A stretch of DNA of 64,000 bases from Blastocatellia bacterium. Its GTDB lineage: Bacteria; Acidobacteriota; Blastocatellia; UBA7656. The notes below the pieces were generated by a model. The model saw nothing but the letters and a program-made list of their open reading frames with translations, searched no databases and was not told the DNA's origin. Both the position numbers and the translations under genes were made by a program. Shown here piece by piece: positions 52,425 through 62,099 of the stretch (position 1 is its first letter; each line of letters begins with the position of its first letter). The stretch is from positions 2,045 to 66,044 of the forward strand of contig DASYSA010000010.1 in NCBI GenBank assembly GCA_036003885.1. The letters run 5' to 3'.

Positions 52425-53297
52425 ATGCGACAACTGATCGTTAACGCCGACGACTTTGGATTCACGCGTGGAGTCAACGCTGGAATACTACGAGCATTCT
52501 CCGAGGGGATTCTGACCAGTACGACGATAATGGCAACCGGCCCCGCTTTTGAAGATGCGGTCGAACTCGCACTGACGAACCCTTCGTTGCCTGTTGGCTG
52601 CCACCTCGCCCTGGTTGGAGGAAGGCCCAGTGCGCCACCTCAGACTGTGGCCTCCCTGATTGACGCCGCGGGAAACATGCCGGCTACACTTACCCAATTG
52701 GCGGTCAGATTGGTTGCCGGAAGGGTGCGTATTGCAGACATCGAGCACGAATTCCGTTCTCAAATCGAGCGCGTCCTGGTCGCGGGAATCAAGCCCAGCC
52801 ATCTTGATACCCACAAGCACACACATATCTATCCGCCGGTCATGAGGGCGTTGGCTCGAATCGCCCGCGAGTTCGGCATCAAATGCGTGCGCAATCCGTT
52901 TGAAGGCATTCGTAATGCCCGCACGGGACAGCTCGCCCGCGGCAGGCGGATGGTCTATCTGAAACAGCGGGTGACTTCGATGGCGATTCTTCCCGGCATC
53001 CCTCAGTTTCGCAGCATAGTCGACAAACACGGATTGCGAACACCGGATCACTTCCGCGGGGTGAGTCTTACCGGTATCCTCGAAGGCCCGGCAATTCAAG
53101 ATGTGATGAGGTCGCTGCCGGAGGGCACTACCGAGTTGATGTGCCATCCGGGCTTCTACGACGCGGATCTCGATCGCGCACACACTCGGCTCAAGCGGGA
53201 ACGCCAGCGCGAACTCGACGCGCTCACGGACCCGCAGATCCGAAACTTCTCATTAAGCCAGGGGATCAATCTTGTGAGCTACGCCGAGCTCAGTTGA
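52425..53297 (+). CDS. YdjC/ChbG-family carbohydrate deacetylase
   Basis: MRQLIVNADDFGFTRGVNAGI N-terminus (the metal-binding DD..G motif of YdjC). I chose the start at internal Met 63 of ORF 52239..53297 to avoid overlap with the upstream gene. Confidence 0.8.
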   Translation: MRQLIVNADDFGFTRGVNAGILRAFSEGILTSTTIMATGPAFEDAVELALTNPSLPVGCHLALVGGRPSAPPQTVASLIDAAGNMPATLTQLAVRLVAGRVRIADIEHEFRSQIERVLVAGIKPSHLDTHKHTHIYPPVMRALARIAREFGIKCVRNPFEGIRNARTGQLARGRRMVYLKQRVTSMAILPGIPQFRSIVDKHGLRTPDHFRGVSLTGILEGPAIQDVMRSLPEGTTELMCHPGFYDADLDRAHTRLKRERQRELDALTDPQIRNFSLSQGINLVSYAELS

Positions 53298-53311
53298 ATT
53301 CAGGTGAACTT

Positions 53312-54331
53312 ATGTTTCAGAAAGAGGCTCCAAAGTACAGTATTGTTGTTCCATTTCACAACGAGCAGGAGAGCGTCGGGGAACTGTATGGCAAGCTCTC
53401 GGACGTGATGCCCGGCCCCGGCGAGCAGGTCGAGTTCGTCTTCGTCGACGACCATAGCACTGACGGGACACTTCCCATCCTGGAGCATCTCGCGGAGAAC
53501 GACCCGCGCATCGTTGTGATTCATCTGAAGCGTAACTATGGGCAGACCGCAGCGCTGGCGGCTGGTTTCGACATGGCCGAGGGCGCGATCATCATTGCGA
53601 TGGATGGCGACTTGCAGCACGATCCAGCCGACATCCCGGCAATGCTCCGCGCCTTTGAAGACACCGGCTGCGACATTGTAAGCGGCTGGCGCAACCACCG
53701 TGCCGACAATCTCCTGCTGAGAAGGCTCCCATCGCGAACCGCCAATTGGTTGATGTCCAGGCTTTCGGGCGTAGACATTCATGACTTCGGCACAACCTTC
53801 AAGGTCTATCGCCGCGAAACGATCAAGCAGATACGGCTCTACGGAGAGATGCACCGCTTCATTCCTGCGCTCGCGTCATGGAACGGAGCTACCGTGGTAG
53901 AGATACCGATCCACAACATCGAACGGCCCGGCGGCAGATCTCACTACGGCATCTCCCGCACCCTGCGAGTTTTGCTCGATCTGCTGACCATCCGCTTTCT
54001 GTTGAAGTACGTCACCCGTCCGTTACACTTCCTGGGGCCTCCGGGCCTTCTGGGCATGCTCCTTGGAATGGCGATTTTTGGCTGGCTTATAATCGAAAAG
54101 CTGATCTATGGAACCGATTTGTTCGATTCTCACGGTCCGCTGATGCTTATGGGAGCCGTGCTCTTCCTGGCGGGCGTGCAGTTGATCTCATCCGGCATTC
54201 TCGCCGAGTTGTCCAGCAGGACATACTTTGAGTCGCAGGGAAAACCGATCTACTCGATCGAACGCATAATAAACGGCAAACTGAATGCCTCCGCGGAAAA
54301 GACTGCTGTGGGGAGCGGCCGAGTCGAATAG
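53312..54331 (+). CDS. GT2 polyprenyl-phosphate glycosyltransferase (ArnC/GtrB/DPM1-like) with C-terminal TM helices
   Basis: YSIVVPFHNEQESV, VDDHSTDGT and a DGDLQHDP (DxD) motif, then two C-terminal TM helices. This is the typical Und-P-sugar synthase architecture. The start was chosen at MFQKEAP. Confidence 0.85.
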   Translation: MFQKEAPKYSIVVPFHNEQESVGELYGKLSDVMPGPGEQVEFVFVDDHSTDGTLPILEHLAENDPRIVVIHLKRNYGQTAALAAGFDMAEGAIIIAMDGDLQHDPADIPAMLRAFEDTGCDIVSGWRNHRADNLLLRRLPSRTANWLMSRLSGVDIHDFGTTFKVYRRETIKQIRLYGEMHRFIPALASWNGATVVEIPIHNIERPGGRSHYGISRTLRVLLDLLTIRFLLKYVTRPLHFLGPPGLLGMLLGMAIFGWLIIEKLIYGTDLFDSHGPLMLMGAVLFLAGVQLISSGILAELSSRTYFESQGKPIYSIERIINGKLNASAEKTAVGSGRVE

Positions 54332-54335
54332 GGTT

Positions 54336-55196
54336 TCAGTCCTCGACGATGAAGTAATCCGCTTCGCGAGGCTCGGTATCCGCTCGCTCGACACGAGGGA
54401 GCCGGATCTCGTCGCGAAGAATCAAGTCCGACACTACGACACGATTGCTGTCGCCGAAATCGAGCAAGGCGTGAAATGGTTTCCTATCGAATCGTTCTGG
54501 CTCACCGGTATACTTGAGGACATCCGCCCCCATCGCGTCCGTTGCCCTTTCGAACATCTCAACTCCGCGAAGGCTACCCGACCTATCCACAACGATGACA
54601 GGCACCAGAGCCGCTCGCTCGGATCCGGATTCCGGGTGAGTGACCGCCTCCCTGCGACTCACCTCAAGCTCTTCCCTTCTTTGAACCAGCAACTGCGTGA
54701 GCTTCGCGATCATCTCCTGGCTGACCGCGTACGTAGCTGTCTTTTGTTGGGCGAAACTGCTCTCCTCCCAATCACGGATCAGTTCCCATGCCGCAGCCGG
54801 AACCTCGGCCGCCAGGCTGTGTGAAGGGCTGTATTCGGCAGCACTACGTTCAGCGCTTGCATACTCAGCCAATTCCTGGGCACAGCTTCGGCACGAAGCG
54901 ACATGTGCGGCCGTCGCTGCCCCCCTGGGCCTGGCCGACTTGCCATAAAAGAACGAAGCGATCTCGCTTACATCGGGATGCGTCCGGGCAGGCTCAAGAC
55001 TGAAACCTGACCGCTCCGGACCGTGCTTGAGCGCGCGTGTCAACGCGACAATTGCCCGGCAATCATCGCAGGTCGACAGATGCTCATCAATCACCTGGCT
55101 CGATGGCCCGTCTGATTCGCCCCTCAAATACTCGAACAACTTCTCTGGATGTGCGGACTTCCTTGCCACTAGATCACCAACTTCCATGCCACTCAT
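54336..55196 (-). CDS. anti-sigma factor with N-terminal zf-HC2 zinc-finger
   Basis: N-terminal HLSTCDDCRAIV (HxxxCxxC) and a position immediately downstream of an ECF sigma gene. A probable TM and periplasmic domain follow. Confidence 0.6.
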   Translation of the reverse strand: MSGMEVGDLVARKSAHPEKLFEYLRGESDGPSSQVIDEHLSTCDDCRAIVALTRALKHGPERSGFSLEPARTHPDVSEIASFFYGKSARPRGAATAAHVASCRSCAQELAEYASAERSAAEYSPSHSLAAEVPAAAWELIRDWEESSFAQQKTATYAVSQEMIAKLTQLLVQRREELEVSRREAVTHPESGSERAALVPVIVVDRSGSLRGVEMFERATDAMGADVLKYTGEPERFDRKPFHALLDFGDSNRVVVSDLILRDEIRLPRVERADTEPREADYFIVED

Positions 55197-55259
55197 TCAA
55201 ATCTGCGACTGACCCGGAACGGCCGCCGGGGAGTTCGCTAACAAAACTCATCTGCACTA

Positions 55260-55991
55260 TCAGCTGCGCATTGATCCTGGCCGGCTTGAGAGTAACGCCT
55301 GCGCCGACGTTATGCCGCGTTCGGCCAGCCACTTCAGCAACCTGACCCGGAGTCGCCTCGCGCGCTGGTAAACGAGGTCTTCGGACATATCATACTTCTC
55401 AGAGATCTCCTTTGCGCCGCGCTCGCCTACAATGTACTCGTTGACGATGACGCTGTCTTTCCAGTCGCGGCAAACATCGGTCAGCAGTTGATCGATGATC
55501 TCGCGCTGCTGGGTGCTGACGGCCCGCGCTTCAGGGGACGCCTCCCGGGAGGGCGCCCTGTCCACGGCGGTAGGCTCGTCTGAATCGGGATCGCTGACCG
55601 GCCGCGGGTCCCACGATTTGTCCCTGCCAACGCGTCGAATCGTATCGATCATCTCGCTGGTGGTTATTCGAGCAATGAAGCTGGAGAGCTTCCCCTCCTT
55701 GCGCCACTGCGCCAGCCCACGATAGACCTTGAAGATCGCTCTCGAGATCACATCGTCGGCCGAATCCCACGCCGGAAAGCGGAAACGGGAGTTACGCACA
55801 ATGTGGTTGATTAACCACTGGTAGCGGCCAATGATCCTCTCAAAACACAGGTGCGCGGCCTGACGATCATTCTTTGAAGAGGCGAGGAACGTGTCGACCA
55901 GCTCCTCGTCGCTTGATTCATCGAGCCAACGCTCATCAATCTCGGCTCCCGCACCTGACTCATTGGGCATGTGCTCACTCATCTGTGCCAA
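55260..55991 (-). CDS. ECF-type RNA polymerase sigma factor
   Basis: Sigma-70 region 2 and region 4 like blocks, and about 240 aa with an acidic N-terminal extension. It forms a sigma/anti-sigma pair with 54336..55196. Confidence 0.75.
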   Translation of the reverse strand: MAQMSEHMPNESGAGAEIDERWLDESSDEELVDTFLASSKNDRQAAHLCFERIIGRYQWLINHIVRNSRFRFPAWDSADDVISRAIFKVYRGLAQWRKEGKLSSFIARITTSEMIDTIRRVGRDKSWDPRPVSDPDSDEPTAVDRAPSREASPEARAVSTQQREIIDQLLTDVCRDWKDSVIVNEYIVGERGAKEISEKYDMSEDLVYQRARRLRVRLLKWLAERGITSAQALLSSRPGSMRS

Positions 55992-56099
55992 TTCTGGCTA
56001 TAGCCGGCGAGCGCATTTTACCATCGAGCCTGACCGGCCCGAAAGCCTGGTTGCTAGACGGGGGTGGGGTGGTTTGCCTGACAAGTCAGAGATCACCCA

Positions 56100-57044
56100 T
56101 CACTTCTTGTGCGTCATACCCCTGTAGACTTCACGCGAGATCTCCTTGATCAGCGTCTGAGCCTTGTTCTCATCCGCGAGTCCGCGCGTCAGTATGACCA
56201 GCACATAAGGCTTCCGGCCGGGTGGGTAGACGATCGCGGCGTCGTGATTGATCCCCGTGATCGACCCTGTCTTGTGGGCGACTCGCACATCCTTAGGCAA
56301 TCCTGCGGGAATGCCTTCGTTGAACTTCTGACCGAGCATCACTTCAATCATCTCATCTGAGTCTCTGGTCGACACGGCATGGCGCTCAGCTATTTTCCGG
56401 AGAATAACCATTAGATCACGTGCAGTGGTCGTGTTGTTCAAGCCCTTCTGGAACGCTTTGCTGTCCTCTACGCCGCGGAGCACCCGGATGTTTCGCGCCC
56501 CAATCTCTCGCATCGTCTCCATCACCCGCTCAGGCGTTACCCGCTCAATCAACAGGTTCGTTGCGAGATTACTGCTTACGTCGATCATCAAGCGCAGGAG
56601 TTCGCGGACGGTTTCGGCCTGACCAATCCTCCTATAGAGCGTCCCTTCGGAGTCGCTATCAGGTGAAAGCGCGTAGCGGCTCCCGTCAACGATGCTGAGG
56701 AACTCATTCTTGAGCGGGATGCGATCGTCGAGAGACAACATGCCGGCGCGTGCCTGCCTGAAGACTTCTACCATAACCGGCACCTTCATGGTGCTGGCGG
56801 CATGAAAGTTCTCGTCCGGTTTGATCAGGAACTGTTCCCCAGTCGTCAGATCGCAAAACGCCACTGCAACGGTCTCGGCCCCGCTCTCCGCGATCAGCCG
56901 CTCGATCCTCTTCTGTTCGATCTGGTGGACGGAACCGCGGGCGCCCAGGCGGCCTCGAGCTTGCGCTTGACCGATTGTAGTCAAATGCACGAGTAACACG
57001 AGCACTACTAGTGACGTTTTTGGCGCCGCTCGATCAGTTCGCAT
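56100..57044 (-). CDS. class A beta-lactamase-like serine hydrolase (secreted)
   Basis: Signal peptide, a STMK active-site motif (HAASTMKVPV) and a downstream KTGS motif (VAHKTGSITG). Confidence 0.8.
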   Translation of the reverse strand: MRTDRAAPKTSLVVLVLLVHLTTIGQAQARGRLGARGSVHQIEQKRIERLIAESGAETVAVAFCDLTTGEQFLIKPDENFHAASTMKVPVMVEVFRQARAGMLSLDDRIPLKNEFLSIVDGSRYALSPDSDSEGTLYRRIGQAETVRELLRLMIDVSSNLATNLLIERVTPERVMETMREIGARNIRVLRGVEDSKAFQKGLNNTTTARDLMVILRKIAERHAVSTRDSDEMIEVMLGQKFNEGIPAGLPKDVRVAHKTGSITGINHDAAIVYPPGRKPYVLVILTRGLADENKAQTLIKEISREVYRGMTHKK

Positions 57045-57048
57045 GCTG

Positions 57049-57486
57049 TCAGTATCGCCTGAAGGCCCGGGCCATCAATCCGAGGCCTCCAGTGAACAGA
57101 GTGAGCATCAGAATGACGTTGAAGAGGCTGGTCTGGCGAAAGTAGATTACGAGATTTGACAATATGCCCGCAAAGATTATCAGAATGCTCGCACCTGCAA
57201 CAATCCACCCCGCGATAGATTTGACATTGAAAAAGAGGAGTCCGATTCCGACTGCCAGAGGGATCAGTGTCAGCCCAAAGGTGTTTGTTCCCCACCATTG
57301 CCAGTACCCGCTGGTGACCTGAACCTGGTTCATTATCAGGTATCCACCCATAATTGAGCAGGCGAGACCCACCAGAAACGTGCCCACACCACCAGGTGTA
57401 CCTCCTGGTCCTTCGAACCGCCGGACCTTGGAGGCGGCTTCGTCGTCGCGCGCTGGGCCGGATTCCATAGGGCCGAAGCCTATCAC
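57049..57486 (-). CDS. small integral membrane protein, hypothetical
   Basis: Four hydrophobic helices in 145 aa. It is preferred over the overlapping alternative-frame ORF 57008..57505. Confidence 0.4.
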   Translation of the reverse strand: MIGFGPMESGPARDDEAASKVRRFEGPGGTPGGVGTFLVGLACSIMGGYLIMNQVQVTSGYWQWWGTNTFGLTLIPLAVGIGLLFFNVKSIAGWIVAGASILIIFAGILSNLVIYFRQTSLFNVILMLTLFTGGLGLMARAFRRY

Positions 57487-57610
57487 CGCGCGACTTCACC
57501 GTCAACGATCTCAGTAGGTTGCCGGGGCCAGAAAATGGAACTACGCTGTCTGTGATGGCTTTGAGTTAGTATCACTACTGGTATTCTCGGCGAACGGAGC
57601 AAAACGAACT

Positions 57611-58258
57611 ATGACACTCCATTGTTTTACATCAGCACTTGCAGTCACGATCATCGTCTCACTCGCTGGCATCGCGGCCGGCCAGGAGCCGACGAAACAA
57701 GAAGGGGGTGCAAAACCCCGTTCCGTCCGCCCCTCTCAGAAGCCTTCCATTGAACCACCGCAAACACCTGCGCCGGACCGGGCAGAGGTGCCGCCGCCCG
57801 AACAGATTCTGGCCCTGAAAATGAACGAACTTGGCCTCCAGATAGAGAAACTCACCACGGAACTTCGGAGGCTGCGAAAGGAGACCGAGCACAATGGCAC
57901 GTCAATGGAGCTGATGCTCTACGAAGAGCGACTATCCAAGGTTGAATCGAAGCTGGATGATCTTACTGCATACAAGAGTCAGCTCGAAGCTCGGGAGCAG
58001 GACGTGCAGCGCCGCACACGCAACATCCAACAGGAGATGATCCTGCGAGCGGGTAATATTCTCCGGCGCGACGAAGCGGAAGCTGCGATTCGAGCCGAGC
58101 TGCAGAGGTCGCTCGACGACACTCGAATGCAGAAGGAGACAAATCAGCAGCGCATCAACGATCTGCAAAGCCAGGCTGAATACCTACGCAAGCGTATTGA
58201 GATTCTGCGCAAGAAGCTCGAGCAGCTGGAGACAAGGAGTGAAAGCCCGAATCAGTGA
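57611..58258 (+). CDS. secreted coiled-coil protein, hypothetical
   Basis: Signal peptide followed by Q/E/R/L-rich heptads. It has a similar build to the 30380..30952 product. Confidence 0.5.
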   Translation: MTLHCFTSALAVTIIVSLAGIAAGQEPTKQEGGAKPRSVRPSQKPSIEPPQTPAPDRAEVPPPEQILALKMNELGLQIEKLTTELRRLRKETEHNGTSMELMLYEERLSKVESKLDDLTAYKSQLEAREQDVQRRTRNIQQEMILRAGNILRRDEAEAAIRAELQRSLDDTRMQKETNQQRINDLQSQAEYLRKRIEILRKKLEQLETRSESPNQ

Positions 58259-58282
58259 TCGTCGCAGGGAGGTCCGCGCCTG

Positions 58283-59515
58283 TCAGCGATCGACCACGAT
58301 CAGACTGATCGGCACTTCTATGCGCGGCTTTTGGCTGTTGTCGGTCTCTATTCGCAGGAGGCCCTTGTAGGATCCTGGCTTCGGCACAAGGTTCGGATCA
58401 GACGTGAGCCTGATCAGGTAGTTGCTTCCTTCCACGATGGTTTGTTGCTCCAGCTTGATGAACTGGAGGCTTGATGAAATCGCGGTAATGCGAAATGTAC
58501 CCGCCAGCTTTCTGACGCCCACCCTGCCGATACTCCTCGACTGCGCTCGAAGGCTCGACACCAGGAGTTCTCCGATTTCCAGTGAAGTCGGCGTTGCGAT
58601 GAGGTTCTCAGCCAGAACATTCAGCGTCAGTTGAACCTTCACAGCAGGCGATGCGTCACCGCCGGCTCGTAACTCGATCGTCGCTGAATGCGGTCCCGGT
58701 TCATTGAATGGCCCGGCTCCGATGTCCAACCAGTATCCGCTCCCCTTCGTTTCCCGCTTAAGCTTATAGTCGATCGGCTCGGTCGGCTTCGTTAGTAACT
58801 GCAGCTCCGAAGTGCCCGCTGCCGCGGGTCGAATTCGGAGCGCGAACGTAAAGCGTTCACCTCGATCAGCGTTGATTGTCGGACGAGCAGTTGGCCACAG
58901 CTTGAACGCACCGACGGTCTCGCCACGCTGCAAGTCGGTGTTGCCGATACGTTTTACAAACTCGGGTGGCGGCTGCACGTCTCCAGCAAGAGTCAGCGTT
59001 ATGGACGGCTGTCGCGGGTCGTTCGAGTAGACCAGATAATTCTCGTCGAACGACCCTATCGGCTCCGCTATGTGAAGAGTGATTCGAATGATGCCGGCCT
59101 GACCAGGCTGGATGACTTTCTCCAGGAAGAAGTCTTTGGGAGGACATCAAGACGGCGCCGCACTACCCATCTTCGCGGACGGCCTGGTCTTCATCTCGAA
59201 AGGAGGCTGGCGAAAGGAGACCTTCGAGGGACGCGTGCCAAGCTGAGGCATCTCCGATAACTCCAGCGGGGCACTACCGACGTTGCGCACCCAGAAGACG
59301 TGCGACAGGTCCTCACCGGCAAACACCTCCCCGAAGTCGTGGCGGGGGTTGTCGAGCACCAATTGCGGAGCGCCCGGAGAGCGCTGTGACGCCTGACCCA
59401 TCGAGGGCGCCAGGGTCAACGCAAGGGCAAGCACCGTAGTCCCAGCCAGGAAGCCGCGCGCTATCCCAATCAACCCTTCCGTGGAGAAGCCTGAATCGTT
59501 GCTGGCTTTGTTCAT
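58283..59515 (-). CDS. secreted DUF1573-family protein with in-frame TGA at 59147..59149 (candidate selenocysteine; paralog of 24592..25668)
   Basis: Minus-strand ORFs 59147..59557 and 58283..58978 share one frame (579 nt apart). My translation of the 168 nt between them is stop-free: [TGA]-CPPKDFFLEKVIQPGQAGIIRITLHIAEPIGSFDENYLVYSNDPRQPSITLTLAGD. That stretch aligns with the post-TGA sequence of the other DUF1573 gene. The N-terminal half has HDFGEVFAGEDLSHVFWVRNVGSAPLEL and a signal peptide. Start taken at MNKASND. Confidence 0.5.
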
Positions 59516-60035
59516 TTCGTGAGCAAGAATAGTAGTGGCTAGCCAGGGAGCCTGCAAGACGCGGAGGATCTCACGGCTATCGAACGCCTCAAACGCTCTT
59601 TTTTGCCGATCCGGAACTCTTTTGGGTTTGCCGCCAGGGAATACACCTTAGCCTGGAGATCCTGTCTACCGGGGAGGCGGGCTAGACACGGATCGGAGAC
59701 CGTAGTGGAATCAGACAGCGGTGTCCAGAGCCAGGTAGTAATTACCCGGTGCCTGGTCATCAAACAGATCGCCCGAGCCCCATGCTCAATATTCGAACGG
59801 CGACGGTCATTCGTGTCGAAGAGTCAAAACTACGAAAGCACCGCGCCAACGTCGTTGATTCTTTCGACTTCCGAGAACCGAAGTGGCGATGATCCCAGTG
59901 ACAGCGATGGCTTGGCACAGAACTTGACTAACATAGATGAGCGGATGCCGTCTTGAGCCCTGTCCCAAGACACGGCCCGCCCATATAAACGTTGGAAATG
60001 ACCAACTAATGTGAAGCTATGTCCCTGACAGCGGA

Positions 60036-60539
60036 TTGGCGCCAAATATGAGCAGCAAAGCGGAACCAAGAAGAGGAAAAGACCCTGACAGCCGGAATAA
60101 AGAAGATACAGCTAGCGCTAGACCTGGCAGGGCGTCGCAAGGCGTCAAAGGAGTCCGGTCCCAGGTAACGAGACCGAAGGTACTCATCGCGGATGATAGC
60201 AAGGACATACGGGAGTATCTTTCCAAGTTGCTGGAGAAACAGTTTTCTGTTACCACAGCAGCGGACGGACGAGCCTGCCTCAACAAAGCCAGTGTCGAGC
60301 CTCCCAACTGTATCGTCACTGATGTCAATATGCCGCACCTCAATGGCATTGATACGATTAAGATCTTGCGAAGGGATCCGCGGCTCGGGCAGATCCCTAT
60401 CATCGCAATAAGTGCCTATGGTAATTGGGCGGTCGCCAAAGCGCTTGAGGCTGGCGCGACGATGGTGATGCTTAAACCGCTCGAGCCGGATGACTTCATC
60501 GAGAACATCAGGACGTTGACAGGGGCTACTGTTACATAG
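60036..60539 (+). CDS. single-domain response regulator (CheY-like receiver)
   Basis: KVLIADDSKDIRE, the phospho-acceptor TDVNMPHLNG and a downstream receiver-domain lysine (MLKP). An unusual 40-aa basic N-terminal extension precedes the receiver. Confidence 0.75.
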   Translation: MAPNMSSKAEPRRGKDPDSRNKEDTASARPGRASQGVKGVRSQVTRPKVLIADDSKDIREYLSKLLEKQFSVTTAADGRACLNKASVEPPNCIVTDVNMPHLNGIDTIKILRRDPRLGQIPIIAISAYGNWAVAKALEAGATMVMLKPLEPDDFIENIRTLTGATVT

Positions 60540-60626
60540 GAAGACCCCTATTTCGTATTTCAGTATGCCCGCACTCGGATGCCGCTGCAAAGACGGCAAT
60601 CCCGCCCGATCTGGGTAGTAGTCCGG

Positions 60627-62099
60627 TCAATCCGCGACGGTAGTTACGGTCTCCGGCGAACGCGCTCGCCGCCTCCCTGCGCCAAGAGTGTAGAACACAT
60701 ATCCGATTATGTTGGCCCCTATGATAACCCAGACGATCTTGGCGGCGAACGCTATCCAACTCTCCACTTTAATGATTGGAAAGATCGATAATCCAACATA
60801 GAGCAGAGTCATCGCGAGGCCTGAGCCCGCGGCCACGCGCAGCCAAACGGGGGGACCCGGTTTTACGCCCCTCAATCCGAACAGCGGAATCGCAAACATG
60901 ACCAGATAAGTCAGAGCATAGAATATTCCGCTCGCGTTCCACAGTAGTTGAAAAGCTTCCTGCTCTCCGACGCCTATCAAACCGACCAGGCCTATGCCAA
61001 GCGTCATCGCTCCCACAAACATGATCGAGTTGACCGGCGTCTTGAACCTGGAGTGGAGACGGGTGAACCATTCGGGCAGCAGCCGGTCCCATCCGGCAAC
61101 CATCGGCAGTCGCGTGTTTCCCGTGAACATTACACTCGATTGCGCAATGCGAATCCAAAGGAACCCTAGAATAGCAATGGGCACTATACGTGCCGCGAAC
61201 CCGAGCGGCCGAAAGCCGACGCTCAGGACTTGTGGGATGGGACCTATCAAATCGATGTCGTCAGGAGGTATCAACGCCAGCACCGAGCTGGTACCGAGGA
61301 TGAACATCAATCCGATTACGGGAGCAGCAACCGCGACCGAACGCCCGATGATCCGTACCGGATCGCGGCACTCGCCCGCATGAATCGCGACGTACTCGAA
61401 GCCTCCCAGCGCGCCGAATCCGAGCTTGCCGAGTATGTTGAGGCTGAACAGCGACACCGCGGGCATCGTGGTCGTGAGCGGGTGATATTCAGTGATGGCG
61501 CCCTCGGCCAAATTCAAAACAGGGAGTACAACCAATGCTGCGAAGATCAGCAGCATGATTACGGCGCCGGCTTTGTGAATCCATTTGCCTAAGCCGAGAC
61601 CAACCGTTGATACGACTACAAGCGCGCCGATGATAACCACGCTGACGACCATAATGAACCGCTTGCTTCCCGCCATCCAGTGGGCGCTCGGTCCCAGAGC
61701 GTAGGAGAGACTGGTCGAGACCTGGAGTCCGATCTCAGAGGTGTTCAGGATGACAAAGAGCCAGAGGTTCCATGCCACCATAAACCCAATCAGTTCATTG
61801 AACCCGAGTTTCGCCCATTGATATAAGCCGCCCTCCAGCGGCATCAGCCTGTTGAGATAGATCACCACCAGGGCGGATGGAATGTAGAACAGAAGAATCG
61901 CGAGCAACCAAAATACGATATGGGAGGGTCCGAGCTTTCCGGCGGTACCGACCCACGGAAGCCCGACTATGAAAAGGATCTGAGTCAGGACCAGGTCGGA
62001 GAGGCCAAGCTCTTTCTTGAATACAGCGCTGCGCTTCTCGACGCGCTCCTCGGCATCTCTGAGTTCGACAGCTGCGCTGGTCTCTTCTGGTTCGTTCAT
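60627..62099 (-). CDS. APC-superfamily amino acid/polyamine permease
   Basis: 490 aa, 12 TM helices and the typical APC N-terminal pattern. Confidence 0.85.
   Translation of the reverse strand: MNEPEETSAAVELRDAEERVEKRSAVFKKELGLSDLVLTQILFIVGLPWVGTAGKLGPSHIVFWLLAILLFYIPSALVVIYLNRLMPLEGGLYQWAKLGFNELIGFMVAWNLWLFVILNTSEIGLQVSTSLSYALGPSAHWMAGSKRFIMVVSVVIIGALVVVSTVGLGLGKWIHKAGAVIMLLIFAALVVLPVLNLAEGAITEYHPLTTTMPAVSLFSLNILGKLGFGALGGFEYVAIHAGECRDPVRIIGRSVAVAAPVIGLMFILGTSSVLALIPPDDIDLIGPIPQVLSVGFRPLGFAARIVPIAILGFLWIRIAQSSVMFTGNTRLPMVAGWDRLLPEWFTRLHSRFKTPVNSIMFVGAMTLGIGLVGLIGVGEQEAFQLLWNASGIFYALTYLVMFAIPLFGLRGVKPGPPVWLRVAAGSGLAMTLLYVGLSIFPIIKVESWIAFAAKIVWVIIGANIIGYVFYTLGAGRRRARSPETVTTVAD

Noticed and set aside
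57008-57505. 165-aa alternative-frame ORF overlapping the small membrane protein gene
   Set aside because: It is Arg/Gly/Cys-rich without hydrophobic structure. The 57049..57486 frame gives a clean four-helix membrane protein.
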